Shown in pieces: positions 1 to 13,411 of a stretch of 64,000 nucleotides of DNA. Positions within the stretch are counted from its first letter, which is position 1. Every line of letters begins with the position of its first letter. This DNA is from Azolla caroliniana (Eukaryota > Plantae > Polypodiophyta). The stretch spans positions 5,022,001 through 5,086,000 of the forward strand of contig JBHGNT010000011.1 in the NCBI GenBank assembly GCA_043228905.1, written 5' to 3'. Below the pieces are notes generated by a model that had not been told where the DNA came from, made no database searches, and saw nothing but the letters and a program-made list of their open reading frames with translations. A program made the position numbers and the translations under genes.

Positions 1-1860
1 AATTGGGAAGATTTTAATCGGCACCGGTTAGAACATTACAAAGGGTCCTCCAGTACCAACACTGGCTTGAAGTCATTTGGAACCTCTCATGTGGATATTC
101 TAGCTATAACACCTGTCCACCAAGTTCTAGAGGCAAAGGTACGGGCCACAATGACTGAAAAGCATGAACAGATGATGGCCGGTTGCATAGCTTCTATGAG
201 CTCAAGAATACAAACACTACTTGCTGATTTGGAAGCAGTGGAACATATGCTTCTACAAACAAATTCCCCAAGCTCCGGTCAACATCAAGAAATAGAGCCC
301 ACTAAGAAGAGAAATGCAGTTTCTTTACAAATAGAGCCCAGTAAGAAGAGAAATGCTGCAAGAATGTTGTATGGAAACGGCAAGAAAGGCAAAGTTGAAT
401 GCAATGGTGAGTCATATAAGTTCTCACCTGTCTAGAGCATTGTCAACCTAATCCATTGTCTAATACCATGTACTTGTGTTACTAGCTGATGATGAAATGA
501 TATTTGGTGACGGAGATACGAGTCCAAAACCTGATCATGAAGACGAATTTATCACACTCCCAGGTACACGTCAAAAGCCAGACTTTGAAAACAATGATTT
601 AGCTCATAACAACCCTATTTTTGTTGTTATTATAGATCATAACAACACTGTTGAGCACCTAGATGTTGTGGAGAAGATGATTGAGCCCACCACTTGCAAT
701 GGGGTATCTACGGCTGTACAGTATGACGATGTAACATTAGGTAAAAATGTGGCCCTAAACCCTATGTTCATTGTTTGCAAACTTTTGAGTATGTGAGTTG
801 ATACCAATATTCTTTGGAATCCCATTAATTAGGTTTACAAGAGCAGTCTGATTCCCAACTGCAATCAAATGAATCGGGAACTTCATGGAGCACAAGTGCA
901 GAGTCAGATTCCCATCAGAGTCAGAATCAAATTAACCTTTGCAAGGAGGCAGACTCTGGAAGCACATCTTCCACACATGAGGATTGTGAGAAAAACGAAG
1001 CATTCATATGTGAAGAGTAGCTGGCATGTACAAACAACACTATGTCTAAAGAAGCCTATGAGTGTGGAAAGAATATGGCAAGTACTGAAGAGAAGATTGA
1101 AGCCCATGAAGAGTGTGGAAAGAATATGGCAAGTACTGAAGAGAAGACTGATTGTAATGATAATGTGGCAAGTGCTGAAGAGAAGACTGATTGTACTGAT
1201 AATGTGCTAGTACTGTCTAAAGATTCCCATGAGGATCATGGAAAGAACATTGCTAGTAATGAAGAGGAGCTTGATTGTACTGAGAATGTGCTAGTAGTGT
1301 CTTGTGAAGCCCATGAGGATCGTGGAAAGAACATCGCTTTCCCTGAAGATAAGCCTGATTGTACAAAATCCCATGAGGAGTGTAGAGTGAACAACGTTAC
1401 TAATGAAGGTGGGCCTGATTGTACTCAGAGCGAACAACGTTGTCTTAAGAATGAGGTGACATCCACCGTACAAGAGGAGTTGACCATGACTACTGCCACG
1501 GTCCACATACAGGAGTCTAATAAGAACGAGTGTATAGGCATCAGTGATGATGATAGGGCAATAAAGATCGCTAGGAGTACAAGCATTCAGGAGATGAGTG
1601 ATAATTTGTCTATCGACAACACCTTTGTGGATTTGTGTAGAAGCATTGCAGTTGAAGAAAACATAGTTGCTCTCTCAAGCTTGCCACCAGTACAAGGTGC
1701 CCGTGCATCCACGCCTGTCTCTGATGCCTCTGATGATGAAGTGCCACTTAGTCAGCTCATACCTAAAGGCTTTAAGATAAAGAAGAATGTAAAATCAGAA
1801 AAATCTGGCACCAACAACAAGCGCATTACAAGATCGGCCAAGTTACCCTCTAGTGCCTGA
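1..1860 (+). pseudogene. Probably spliced gene of unknown function with an acidic repeat region (5' end outside window)
   Basis: Co-oriented ORFs 67-435, 476-796 and 1042-1860, joinable by plausible GT..AG introns (~407-485, ~741-832). Last exon has HEECGKNMASTEEK-type repeats (51-bp unit at 1060/1111, then degenerate). In-frame TAG at 1018-1020. Confidence 0.4.
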
Positions 1861-1989
1861 TTGTCTTTTGATTGTACTTGAACTTTAGTTGTTAGTGATG
1901 TCTGAAATTGAACTATTTGGATACCAAAATACTGTTTCAATTGCCAATGTAAAAAATCCAGTTCATGAATCTGAAATAGTTATACCAGT

Positions 1990-2750
1990 GTGAAATCAAG
2001 TTCATGTTTAAGGATTGCTTCTGTATTTTGCTCGTCAACATATATCAAAAACAATGGGAATATACTTTTTGATCTAAGTATTCTTATTTTACAAAGTTTT
2101 GTTTCTTTTTTGAGATCATCTCCTAATCCTCGCAAAGTCTTTCAGTCTATTGTAGATAAAATGCTTGAAAGTCTTCTTAGCTTGCTAGGAAAATTTAGGC
2201 TTTTAGGTGTTGATGATGAGAAACAGAAAATATCGGGTGTTATTGAAGATATACTGAAGTATAGACGGTTTCATCAATCCCATTTGGAGGGTAACCAGAA
2301 TGTGTGCAAATTGTTGAAACAATGTGGGCCATATTTTGATGATATCATCCCAAAGGATGAACCATCCACTAACAGTAGTAAGGAAACACTTACCTTTTTG
2401 AGCTATCACAAATTATTGTTTCAGAAGTTGGATTATTTTGTTAAGGAAAGGAAGGTCTGTACTTTAAAATCCATAGCCTGGATATTCAGGACTTATATAC
2501 AAGAAGTAAAAACTCAGATGGCTTCACAGGACATATCATGAAACAAAAAAGGATTCTGAGAGAATAATTTTCATTGTTGTCTTCACAGAATTCATCGCCC
2601 CCTTTGAAGAATGAACTTACAGTAGAAAATCTTACAATATTAAAGTCTTTAATGAATTCAACTAACAATCTTCTCTTGGTAGCAAAAGAAGAGCAGATTT
2701 ATGTGCCAATAGAGGACACACCAACTCTTATACAATATTTTGACTCATTT
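1990..2750 (+). pseudogene. Fragment resembling plant URB2/Npa2 nucleolar ribosome-biogenesis protein
   Basis: Motifs VDKMLESLLSLLG, IEDILKY..FHQSHLEG, LSYHKLLFQKLD and, after a frameshift, NSTNNLL...QIYVPIEDT recall plant URB2 (recognised from memory). Only an internal piece is present. Confidence 0.55.
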
Positions 2751-3001
2751 TAACATGGCTCTGCAAAACTCCTATGCTCAAATAACATCAGGAAACATGA
2801 GCAATATTGGCAATGAAGAAATCCAAGTCCTGTTGACAACAACTAATATATTATGAAAGATAAGTACAAGTGGTTGAGAGGCATAAACACTTTGGAAGAA
2901 AGACGAAATATATCAATTCATTTGTCAATCATCAAAATTAATAGTGAACTCCAAGTGGATGTTTTTCAGTTTTCTGGTACAATGTATTGATAGGGTGACT
3001 T

Positions 3002-6000
3002 TCAAGCATTAAATAGAGAGACCTCCCCTAATATGTGCTCATGAACCTCTTGGGGGACCTTGTAGACAATGTTGTATCCCTTAACCTTGTGCTTTGCTTG
3101 AGTCATATTGAATTTGATCGCAAGAATGGCATCAACGTAGATTATTGCGATGGGTGCTTCTTTTAGTAGTGCATATGTGTTCTTGCATTGCGGCAACTTT
3201 GCATAATAGTTTCCATACATGACAGACTCACCAACGTTGAAATTGTTGCCCCAACCATCCCTCACCACTTCTTTCAATAATGTCTTTCCTTGCTTGCACA
3301 CCACAATGTAGTAGTCTTCTAAATCTTCATTCTGAGGATATTTGAGCACTGCAAAATGATCTCCAACTTCCAATAAAACTGCCAAGTCTTGATTTTGGTT
3401 GTAGTATACAATATCGTTTGAATGCACATCCTCTTCAATATCATCTTGTCGTTCAGGCTCAAGCTTCTGCAGCTTCCAGGGCTCCACGATTGATAAGTTG
3501 ATGCATTTATCCCAAGCTTCATCTAGACACATGGAACAAAAGCATGATAAACTACGGAATAACAATTGGGTTGTGTCCTTGCGGCTAAACCCTAACACAC
3601 AATGGGTGCTGCGTGTGCCTTTCACGGTTTTACAACCATATGATTTAGTTTTATCGACCTCATCAGCGCGAACTTCAACAAACAATATGTTCTTACCATC
3701 ATTTGACATCTTCCATGTTAGCCACTACACAACATCATGTGCATTTTGTAACTTAGCGCCATTATTATCCAACTGCTCACTTGTAAGGGCACGTTTGATC
3801 ACAGCCCCCGTGCCATCATGCTCTCCTTTTCCATGTCCAGACCCGAAGTAATTCCATTGCATACGAATATTGAATAAGGAGAAATACCTGCTTTGGTATC
3901 TCAGGTTTCCAACAAAATTAGTACTATGTTGTCAATTGAGAGTACTACACTTCCATTAATACTGATTCGGTACAAATACAAAACAAAGCATAGCACAACG
4001 TATCCATTGAGAACACTCTACACTTATTAAAAGATAAATAGTACTATGTTGTCGACCAACAGTACCTGGCATCCATTTAATACTAACTTAGTATGGATAT
4101 AGCACAAAGTATAGTACAATGAGTTCATGGAAAGCACTCTACATGTATTAACAGATAAATAGTACAAAATGTTCAATATCGGATAGTACCATACAATGTG
4201 TCCACGGAGAACACAACCCTCCTTAGAAGATCATTAGTACTACAAGACATGTACTTTACATCCCCCAATAAACACTGATTTAGTATAGATACAACACATA
4301 GTACAATACAATGTGTTCATGGAGAACGCTGAACATTGATTAATAGATAATCAGTACCACACAGTGTGTTTAAAAGATGAGTACAAGATGAGTACAATAC
4401 TATGAGTACAACATGAGTAAATACTGATTTAGTACAATTCTCTTAAGGACGGACAATACTATGAGTACAAGATGAGTACTTTACATCCTCCTGTAAACAC
4501 AACAAAGTACAGATACAACACACAACATAGTACAATGTGTCTATGGAGAACCCTTCACATGGATTAAAACATAATTAGTACAATTCTCTTAAGGACGGAC
4601 AATACTATAAGTACAAGATGAGTACTTTACATCCTTTTGTAAACACAACATAGTACAGAACCAACACACAACATAGTACAATGTGTCTATGGAGAACCCT
4701 TCACATGGATTAATCGATACTTAGTACAATTCTCTTAAGGACAGACAATACTATGAGTACAAGATGAGTACTTTACATCCTTTTGTAAACACAACATAGT
4801 ACAGAACCAACACACAACATAGTACAATGTGTATATGGAGAACCCTTCACATGGATTAAAACATAATTAGTACAATTCTGTTAAGGACGGACAATACTCT
4901 AAGTACAAGATGAGTACTTTACATCCTTCTATACACACAACAAGTACAGATACAACACACAACATAGTACATTGTGTCTATGGAGAACACTTCACATGGA
5001 TAAAAAGATAATTAGTACAATTCTCTTAAGGACGGACAATACTATGAGTACAAGATGAGTACTTTACATCCTTCTGTAAACACAACATAGTACAGATACA
5101 ACACACAACATAGTACAATGTGTCTATGGAGAACACTTCACATGGATAAAAAGATAATTAGTACAATTCTCTTAAGGACGGACAATACTATGAGTACAAG
5201 ATGAGTACTTTACATCCTTCTGTAAACACAACATAGTACAATGTGTCTATGGAGAACACTTCACATGTATTAAAAGTTACTTAGTACAACATAATACAAA
5301 CAAAATTAGTATGCATGCATCCATTCACAAGTGCAAGATTCGAATAGTTACAAACATAATTAGTATGCATCCATGTGACTAGTACTGTTTGTTAATAGTT
5401 ACAAACATAATTAGTATGCATCCACTAACACAAGAATTACTTCCTTACACATTGCATGATAAGTACTAAACATATGGATTAAAAATTACCTGGCGATAAA
5501 GTAGAACGATCGTGCCGCCTTAAACTGCGAGGCAGCACCATCAGACCAAACCCAATGACGATTAAAGGTTAACCCTAGAGAAAATAAATTTGCATGGTGA
5601 AGCTTAAAACAATGTTGAACAAATAGTGTATCATGCTTTTTATCATCTGAAATGTAAAATATTGATTTCTTATGTAACTCACCGTCTTGCCTCCAATAGC
5701 AAATATGTACAAGTATTGTACATTGATCATTGTAACAATGCATTGATTGAACCTCATTTTGAACTTTAAATGTATAGTTTTTTGCAAAATCAATAACGGA
5801 TACAATGATACCCGTTGGTAAGTTATTAATACATTCCTTGAACTGTGAATTTTGCCAATAACTCCGGAAGTTATGTGGAATAAACTCCCCAAGTTGTTTC
5901 TTAAATTCTGAGACAAGGGTAGCAGCACATGTCTCCTTATATACTTCCTTGATACGCTTAGTTACAACTCCCTTGCCAATATTTTCAGTCACATACTCCA

Positions 6001-7158
6001 AATATTTCCATTTCACGATATGACTATTTCCCATATCAAGCTCCTGCCTACAAAATAATGGTAGCGGACAAACCTTACATGTTCTTAATATACATGTACG
6101 ACGATGCCACTCACATGATGGTTCTTTTTCACAAACACAAGACCTCCATAGCTCAGAAACGGATGCATAAGTCATGTTTCGTGCATTACACCTATTATCC
6201 TCCCCATTTGGTCTACAAATCTCACAAGTGCAGACACATAATTCCCCGTGTATACCCTTAGAATTAGTACGCATTGCATTCACTGCTAGCCTTAACATGT
6301 CCATCTTCACATGGTACACACAACAACATGTATTCCTCTCATTTAATTTTCTAACATAAAATGGTTTCAAACCTTGGAACTTGCGGAATCCGATAGTCAA
6401 GCTTGGATGTTGGTCTTTAAAGTTCATGTACAATTCAGCCTACATCAACCAATATATATAGCAAACATTAATATACACTTGGTCAAAACACAAAGTTATG
6501 GAATGTGAATTGATATAAAAAAATGGAATACCTCTGTCATCTCCAAGAAGTGTCTAGGGTGAATCTGGTACTTACCTTGACTTATTCGTTGTCTACACAC
6601 GTCCTTCTTATTTGGTGAGACACGCGTATTTTTGGCCCAAAATGAATCCACTTTCTCAATAATCTCTTGAGATAAGGCATCACATCGTCGTCTACGTCCC
6701 GACCCCAGCCACTTGAATTTGCTTGAGTGTATATTTTGGCGATGTTTCCTCAAGTTCCTTCTTTGAATACCCAGGGCTAAGGCAACTTTAGTATCACTAT
6801 ATTTTTTTTCTCTCGCACCGTTCACAACCATGTGTAGGGCTGCCCTCTTTGCAGCAAGTTTCTCTAAGCTCTCTACACCTTTCACTAAGTCTAGGGATGA
6901 CTTCATAGACTCCACAATCTCTTCTAAAACACATTGGTCCCTAAATTTTATTCTCTCCATGTCTTCATTCAAACTTTGATGGTGTAACACTCTACAGATA
7001 ATATCCCTACGATCCTCTTCACTAAATCTCTTCGTTATTTCTACCAAATAACGGACTATGTGAAGAACCACTCGTCTCTTAGTCCTTTCAGATATGCATG
7101 AGTTACTTGACAACTCACTCTCGTTAGGAACCCCCATTCGGTCACTAGATTTATCCAC
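3002..7158 (-). pseudogene. Sola2-like DDD transposase, 3 exons, ~820 codons, one premature stop
   Basis: Exons 7158-6532, 6439-5490 and 3887-3002 join in frame via GT..AG introns. Cys-rich N-part (CCCxYH, CxCxxC), then IDFAKNY, ISDDKKHD, WSDGAASQFK, WNYFGSGHGKGEHDGTG and a C-terminal SCFCxxC. TAG at 3727-3725. Confidence 0.8.
4430..5290. repeat. Tandem repeat, 146-bp unit, ~6 copies, inside transposase intron 2
   Basis: Anchor TTAAGGAC at 4443, 4589, 4735, 4881, 5026 and 5172. Degenerate relatives lie at 3920-4430. Confidence 0.95.
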
Positions 7159-7366
7159 AAAAATTAAGTGTCTTGCGAAAGTAGTTAATGTTATATAGAC
7201 TCAACCAAGAAAACACAATCAAATGTTTTTAAATGTGGTCTGCAAAGTGAGAAATATTTTGTTTCAAACATTAGAATTACATATCAAATATGACAAATGT
7301 CAATTCTAAAAATTTAGTATTGAAATATGAAGAAATGAAACATTTTAGTACTGAAAATAAAAAAAT

Positions 7367-7640
7367 GGATGGAAGGAACCTCCAATGGTGGAGGTAGCGT
7401 TGGATATGCCGCCTCGATTTGGTGGAAGGAACCTCCAATGGTGGAGGGAGCGTGGATATGCAGCCTCGATTTGGTGGAAGGAACCTCCAATGGTGGAGGG
7501 AGCGTTGGATATGCCGCCTCGATTTGGTGGAAGGAACCTCCAATGGTGGAGGGAGTGTTGGATATGACGCCTTGATTTGGTGGAAGGAGCCTCGATTTGG
7601 TGGAAGGAACCTCCAATGCCGCCTCGATTTGGTGGAAAAA
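7367..7640. repeat. Tandem repeat, 52-53-bp unit, ~5 copies, upstream of the Sola2-like transposase
   Basis: GGAAGGAACCTCCAATGGTGGAG at 7371, 7424, 7476 and 7529; partial copies at 7582 and 7602. Confidence 0.95.
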
Positions 7641-9107
7641 GCCCCAAATCACCACGACATCAACTACAATCGGTGGAAGTAAGAAAGTCGTTGTCGAAGA
7701 AGTGACTATTGGCTGCTACCTAAACCCTCAGAACAGTCTCTGTACCTCAACCGAAACCTAACAAAAATAGAAACCCTAAAAAAATCAGAAATCCTCAACT
7801 CAAACTCTCCAACCAGACATGGATGTCTGAGATTTAGATTGAAGGAAAATCAGAAACGTGACATGGATGTCTGTGATGAAAAGCTCAGAGGGATAGAGGA
7901 AGAGCAGTATGAGGGGAATCGCCAAAACGACGTGAGGGGAAGCGCCAAAATCGATGTGAGGGGAAAATAGCCCCCAAAATGGAAGAACATCTCCTCACGT
8001 GTTCCCCCCACTCCTTCTACAGTAAATGACACTTGTACTACAGTCACCCCACTCTCCAAAATCGATTTTCTTTTTCTCTAATTTTTTTTCTGAATTATTC
8101 AATACTAACAGTATTGAAAGTACTGACAATTTTTGTGGCCAAAAACAATACTTTTCTGGTACACCGTAGCGTGCTTCGACCCAAGAGCCTTCAACACAAC
8201 CCAAGATCTAATACCCAGTAAGAACATATAAGAGGAGAAATGGACAGAGGTATGGGAAGCTCACTTCCGACGGAGAAGCTTGACAAAAACAACTGCCCAT
8301 CTTGGTCATAAGAAGATGCACTAATATCTGTTAGGACATGCATATTGGAGGTATGTCGAAGGAGCAACTGAAGCAGCACCGGATTCGACACACAATGATT
8401 TTCCAGCTTGGGAACAGTCAGCAAGCAGAGTTCTCTACTGTTTCACATCCAGTGTCGGTGATAAGCTATTGTGCTACATCCGGGATGCCAAAACGCCAGA
8501 GGAGGCTTGGGGAAATCTGAAGAAGGTTTTCGCCGCAAGCAGCACAACCAGAAAGCTATAACTCAGACAGGAGTTGCGCTGATTACACCTCCCAGATCAA
8601 CGACATTTGTGACTCTCTCACCTCCATCAACGTGACCGTCGAGGAGGAGGAAATGGTGCAGGTCTATCTTGGAGGACTAGCGTCTAAGTTTGGATCAATC
8701 TGAACGGGTATCTACAAGAGAGAGAATACGCCGTCATTCTTTGAGTTGCAATCGATGCTTCTCGTTGAAGAGAACCATTCAGGTGCATTGACGAGTATGC
8801 ACAACAACTGTACACGGAGGAAGATAGTGTTGGCAAACAAGTCCCTCTGGATAGGATCCGGATGAGCCGGATCAGACGAGCCAAAGAAAGGAACCGGGCC
8901 GGATGGACTCGGAAGTTATCTAGATACCGGATTGGATGGAGTCCGGCCGCATCTAGTATGAACTAGCAAGTAGGAAAATATTTGTAAATATGTTCAGACA
9001 TAACCATTGAGGTCATATTTGTAAATAGACCATAAGTTATATGAGTATAAATATAACTAGGGAAAATAGTTTTAGATATAAGGTCATTGTTGTACAGACA
9101 TAGATAG

Positions 9108-9141
<34 letters not shown>

Positions 9142-9163
9142 AAAGAAAGAAAGAAAGAAAGAA

Positions 9164-10425
9164 ATATTAACATCTTCTAAGGCCAAAATTGGCCCATGAA
9201 ACAATTGGTTTACAACAAAGTGGGTATTTATCCAATCATCATAACTAAAATAAAAGTAAAGTAAAAATAGCTTAAGCTAAAAGAGTTCTAGTAGTGTACA
9301 AAACATGGTATACTTGATAAAAAAGAAGTGACTTTGTACTAAGCCTAATTTCATTTCCACCCAAGCCTCTCGAAAAGAAGTGGGAGGTGAAAGGGCTTTG
9401 GTGTGGGTGTGACCCATGGTGCCGGTGTATAGAGTGCCCCAGCCATGGCTTCTAGGTGGTGTAGCTCATGTTCTCGTATTTTCTTTATTGCTTCTACACC
9501 ACATCGAGTTCTGAAACCCGTCATCCGAGGGCGTTTGGTTCTTCTTTGATTTTCTGCTTCATCAAGGAAAAGCCCGAGTGGTGCAGGTGTGTCAACATTT
9601 GTTGTCTCCCCCTGTTCCTAAAAAACTTCATTTGTTACATGTTGGTGAACATTACCAACATTATTGTCAACATTTTGTAACTTATTCTCTCTATGTTGTT
9701 TTAGTTCTAGGATGTATCTGCCTAATTTCTTTATATCTAGAGTAGGCGTAGGTGGGACATTTGCATGTAAAGTGGTACTCATCCTCTAGCTCTATGTGGC
9801 ATAACCTACATATCCTTTCCTCCCTAGGGACTCCATTAGTACGTCCATTCTCAATCTCAAGTTAGTGAGATGATATTCTAAGTTCACCAATGGCAACCCT
9901 TAGTGCATGTGGTAAGAATATATCTAGATATTTTGGTTGCGTAATAAAACCTAACTTAGAGAAGTGCATGAAGTGTTTCTTATAGTACAACATTTTAGAT
10001 GGAAGTGGCTCTAGTGGGGTGATCCATTTATACCGAGTGTAAATTTGCCATATTTCTTGGCGTATTACTTTATTGCGGTCCTCATGAGAGATTAAAGTGT
10101 TATCAATCGCGTGTTCGTACTTAAGGGGGGGGAGGTTATTAATGTCTAGACCGCTCGCAAGAAGCCAAGTCACCATCAGGCCATACCATGAATAGTATAG
10201 CCAGACTCATACAATGATCGAGAGGCCTTAAAGGCTTGATGGGATATTCTATCATGTGGTTGGCTATGTATCCTGTTGAAAAAGACTACAAGTTGAAAAA
10301 GTGCCTCTACTAACATCAAGGGTAGAGTGGACCTAGCCCTAATAATGTCATGTGGTACAGTCGATTTGCTTCAGAGTTGGCGTGCTAACATCATCACTAA
10401 TGGTCTCTCTAATTGTGTCCACATG
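9164..10425 (-). mobile_element. 5'-truncated non-LTR retrotransposon (LINE) 3' fragment
   Basis: Post-RT region with LRISSH*LEIENGR..EERICRLC..EDEYHF.CKCP zinc knuckle (9760-9900). The 3' end abuts a (GATA)n(GA)n(GAAA)n tract at 9100-9163. Confidence 0.8.
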
Positions 10426-10980
10426 AAAGAGATACATGAGGCTTTTCTATTGTAACCTGCGAGTGGCGAAGACAGAGTTGGAGGTCGCTGCCTCCGAGTC
10501 TCCCTTTGTATCATTCCTCTCATAGTGATTGTTGGAGTTTGTGGGCTCCCGTAGTTTTTCCCTTTTAGGGTTTTCCATGTAAACATACCGTGTCGGCTTA
10601 TTTCCTGTTTTATTTACTTCCTCCATTGAGTGTTTAAGACTTGGTTGTGGCTGAGCATTATTCCTCACAATCTAGAATCAGAGCAAGGAAGATCCATTCG
10701 GCGGCATGTTCAAGCTCAACGGCTCCAACTACCCAGTGTGGAAGTCGAAGACGAGGGACATGCAAGTACCTCTAACCGACGAGGTACTTGCGTTGTTGCT
10801 CCTCAGTTCCCTCCCAGATAGTTGGGAGACGTTAGTTGTCACTTTGGGCAATGCCGGGACGGAAGGAAAATAGTTGTCCCTAGCAAGGATAAAATCAAGC
10901 TTGCTGGATGAAGAAGCTTGCCAAAAGGACCGGGAGTCCGGAACCGATCCGAAGACCTTGGTTACGGAAGATGGCCATAA

Positions 10981-12505
10981 CCGGGTCATGTACACATAGT
11001 GATGCGCCATGTACTCATTGTATCCGAACCGCACAACAAGGTTCTTCTGGCGGGTAGATCGGTGTAATTGCTCATTAGCCAATGTTGAGGCTTTCTTAGC
11101 CGATGCGGACTTCACTCTCGAAGACCCATCATCACTTCCCTCAAAGTCATACTCCTGTCGATCCGACTCGTTCCTATCCGTGCCGTAATCCGACACCTTC
11201 TTTTTCCCTTTTTCCTTGCGCGTAAATCGTCTCCTTAGCTTCCTGCACGGGGAATGCATGACCGAGTCTCCACTACTCGCTGGCTCTTCTTTGGACTGGT
11301 CAAACCGACACAGTCATCCATTCGGTCCACTTAACCGAAACGAGATCGGACCCTCTTTGAGGGTCCCGATTTCACCCTCATCCGGAGGCACTTCAGCCTC
11401 GCTGACCTCATCCGTAGAGTTCGGATTGGAGTTGAGGTCCGGAGTCGGAGGCAAGTACCAGGACCCAGACTCGTCAAACACAATGTTGTGGCTTACGCGA
11501 GCTAGTTTGGTTCGGGGGTTATAGCACTTATATCCCTTCTGCTCGTTCAAATAGCCAGCTAAGATACACTTCTTGGCTTTTGCGTCCAACTTCCTCCGTT
11601 TCTCCTTCGGCACATGCACATACGCAATGCTCCCGAAAACTCTCAAGTGTCACAAATTCGGCTTTCTTCCGAAATACAGCTCATGCGCCGCCGACACTTT
11701 TTCTCCGATCAGATTTTGGATGTACACCGCGGTTCGTACTGCCTTGACCCAATAGAACGTGGGCAAGCTCTTTTCTTCCAGCATAGCCCACGCTGCTTCT
11801 ACAATCAACCGATTCTTCCTTTCGGCCACGCCGTTCTATTCTAGCGTATATCTACAACTGAATTCATGTCGAATTCCCATCTATTGCAGATACCCGTTGA
11901 ATTGACCGGAAAAGTACTCTTTTCCGCCATCCGACCGCAGGCACTTGATCTTTCTTCCTGTTTCCCTTTCGACGAAACTCATGAGGTCCCGGAAACAGTC
12001 GAAGACCTCATTCAACTTCTCAATGAGGTAGATCCACGTGGGCCGCGTATAGTCATCGATGAAGGAGACGAAATATCCACTCCCGCCAAGACTAACGTTT
12101 TGTGCCGGCCCCCATACATCGGAATGTATCAAGTCGAGCTTGTTCTGGCTCCAGTTATGGTCGTTAGGGAAAGGAAGTCGGTGTTGCTTCCCTTGTTGGC
12201 AGGCTTCACAAATTTGTGCCTTCCGGGCACAAAATTTGGGGAATCCGAACAACACCTATTTCGATTGCAGGTCCTGAAGCCATTGATAGTTGTCGTGGCC
12301 TATCTGCTTGTGCCATAAGTCGATATCCGACTCGACTTTTTGTCCTTTCACGAACATTGTGGTGCCACCGTCACTAGAGTCGAGGATAAACATCCTCCCG
12401 TCTCTGCGGCCTTGCGCAATAACCCGGCCGTCTTCCTCGATGAAGCACCCGAGATGAGTAAACCGAACTTGCATCACCTGGTCGACGATCTGTCCGACCA
12501 ACAGG
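10981..12505 (-). mobile_element. Inverted copia family B integrase fragment
   Basis: ORFs 11881-12255 (CEACQQGKQHR, HSDVWGP, FIDDYTR, LRSDGGKEY) and 11314-11646 (RVFGSIAYVHVPKEKRRKLD). Confidence 0.9.
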
Positions 12506-12510
12506 GTGGC

Positions 12511-12515
12511 GAGAG

Positions 12516-12587
<72 letters not shown>
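12511..12587. repeat. (GA)n microsatellite
   Basis: Direct reading. Confidence 0.95.
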
Positions 12588-12590
<3 letters not shown>

Positions 12591-13411
12591 CAAGAAGCTT
12601 TTTTGTTGTAACCACTAGGTGGCAAAGATAGAGCTCAAGGTTGTTGTTGTTAGGATTTCGGTCCCTCCGGATGGGATATGAGTACCAGGCAACGGAAGAC
12701 CCGGTGAGAACCGGATGATATAGGCCCGGTGAGAACCTCTCACCGGATGAGGGGACATATATGTAAATACGTTCCAAAGAGCCCACTGGGGCTATATTTG
12801 TAAATAGCCCAAATTTCATATTAGTATAAATATGACCTAGGGAAAACTCTTATTGTAGTGTATCAATGTGTTGTCCTTATTGTGTATAGTGATATTTGTT
12901 TAACTGTTGTACAAAGCATAGCAGAGGGAAAGAGAGAGAGATAGAGAGAGACAGAGTGAGTCTCTGTTGTAACAGCCGCCAGGCAAAGATTGTGAGTACG
13001 AGGTCGTTGCCTCTGTGTTCCCTTGTTGTATTCCTCTCCATATAGTGATAGTTGGAGTTTGTGGACTCCCGTGGTTTTTCCCATTCAGGGTTTTCCATGT
13101 TAACATCCTGTGCATTCTCTTTCCGTTTGTGTACTTACTTCCATTTCCCATTTCTTTTGTGTTTGATTATCATAAAGTGATCTAAGCTTCGGTTATGGCC
13201 GAAGATTATTCTGCATATTCCTGTCAATTGCCTGCGAGTCTCCCATTGATTCCTCTCATAGTGATAGTTGGAGTCTATGGGCTCCCGTGGTTTTTCCCTT
13301 TTAGGTTTTTCCACGTAAACATACTATTTCATCTTATTTCCTGTTTTCTTTACTTCTTCCATTGAGTGTTTAAGACTCGGTTGTGGACGAGCACTATTCC
13401 TCACAGATAGG

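Larger units (their letters stand above)
8828..13405 (+). mobile_element. Rearranged copia family A element bounded by TSD GATAG
   Basis: TG at 8828, CA at 13405, GATAG at 8823-8827 and 13406-13410. 5' LTR 8828-10669 (split by a LINE), degenerate PBS CTAGAATCAGAGC at ~10672, deleted gag 10707-10980, LTR sequence 12648-13405. Confidence 0.8.

Noticed and set aside
7367-7640. Regular repeats and many overlapping ORFs
   Set aside because: Pure tandem repeat with no spacers; the ORFs are by-products of the stop-poor unit.
12256-12819. ORFs with SLSLSL/RERERE runs (also 52197-52583)
   Set aside because: Translations of (GA)n microsatellites.
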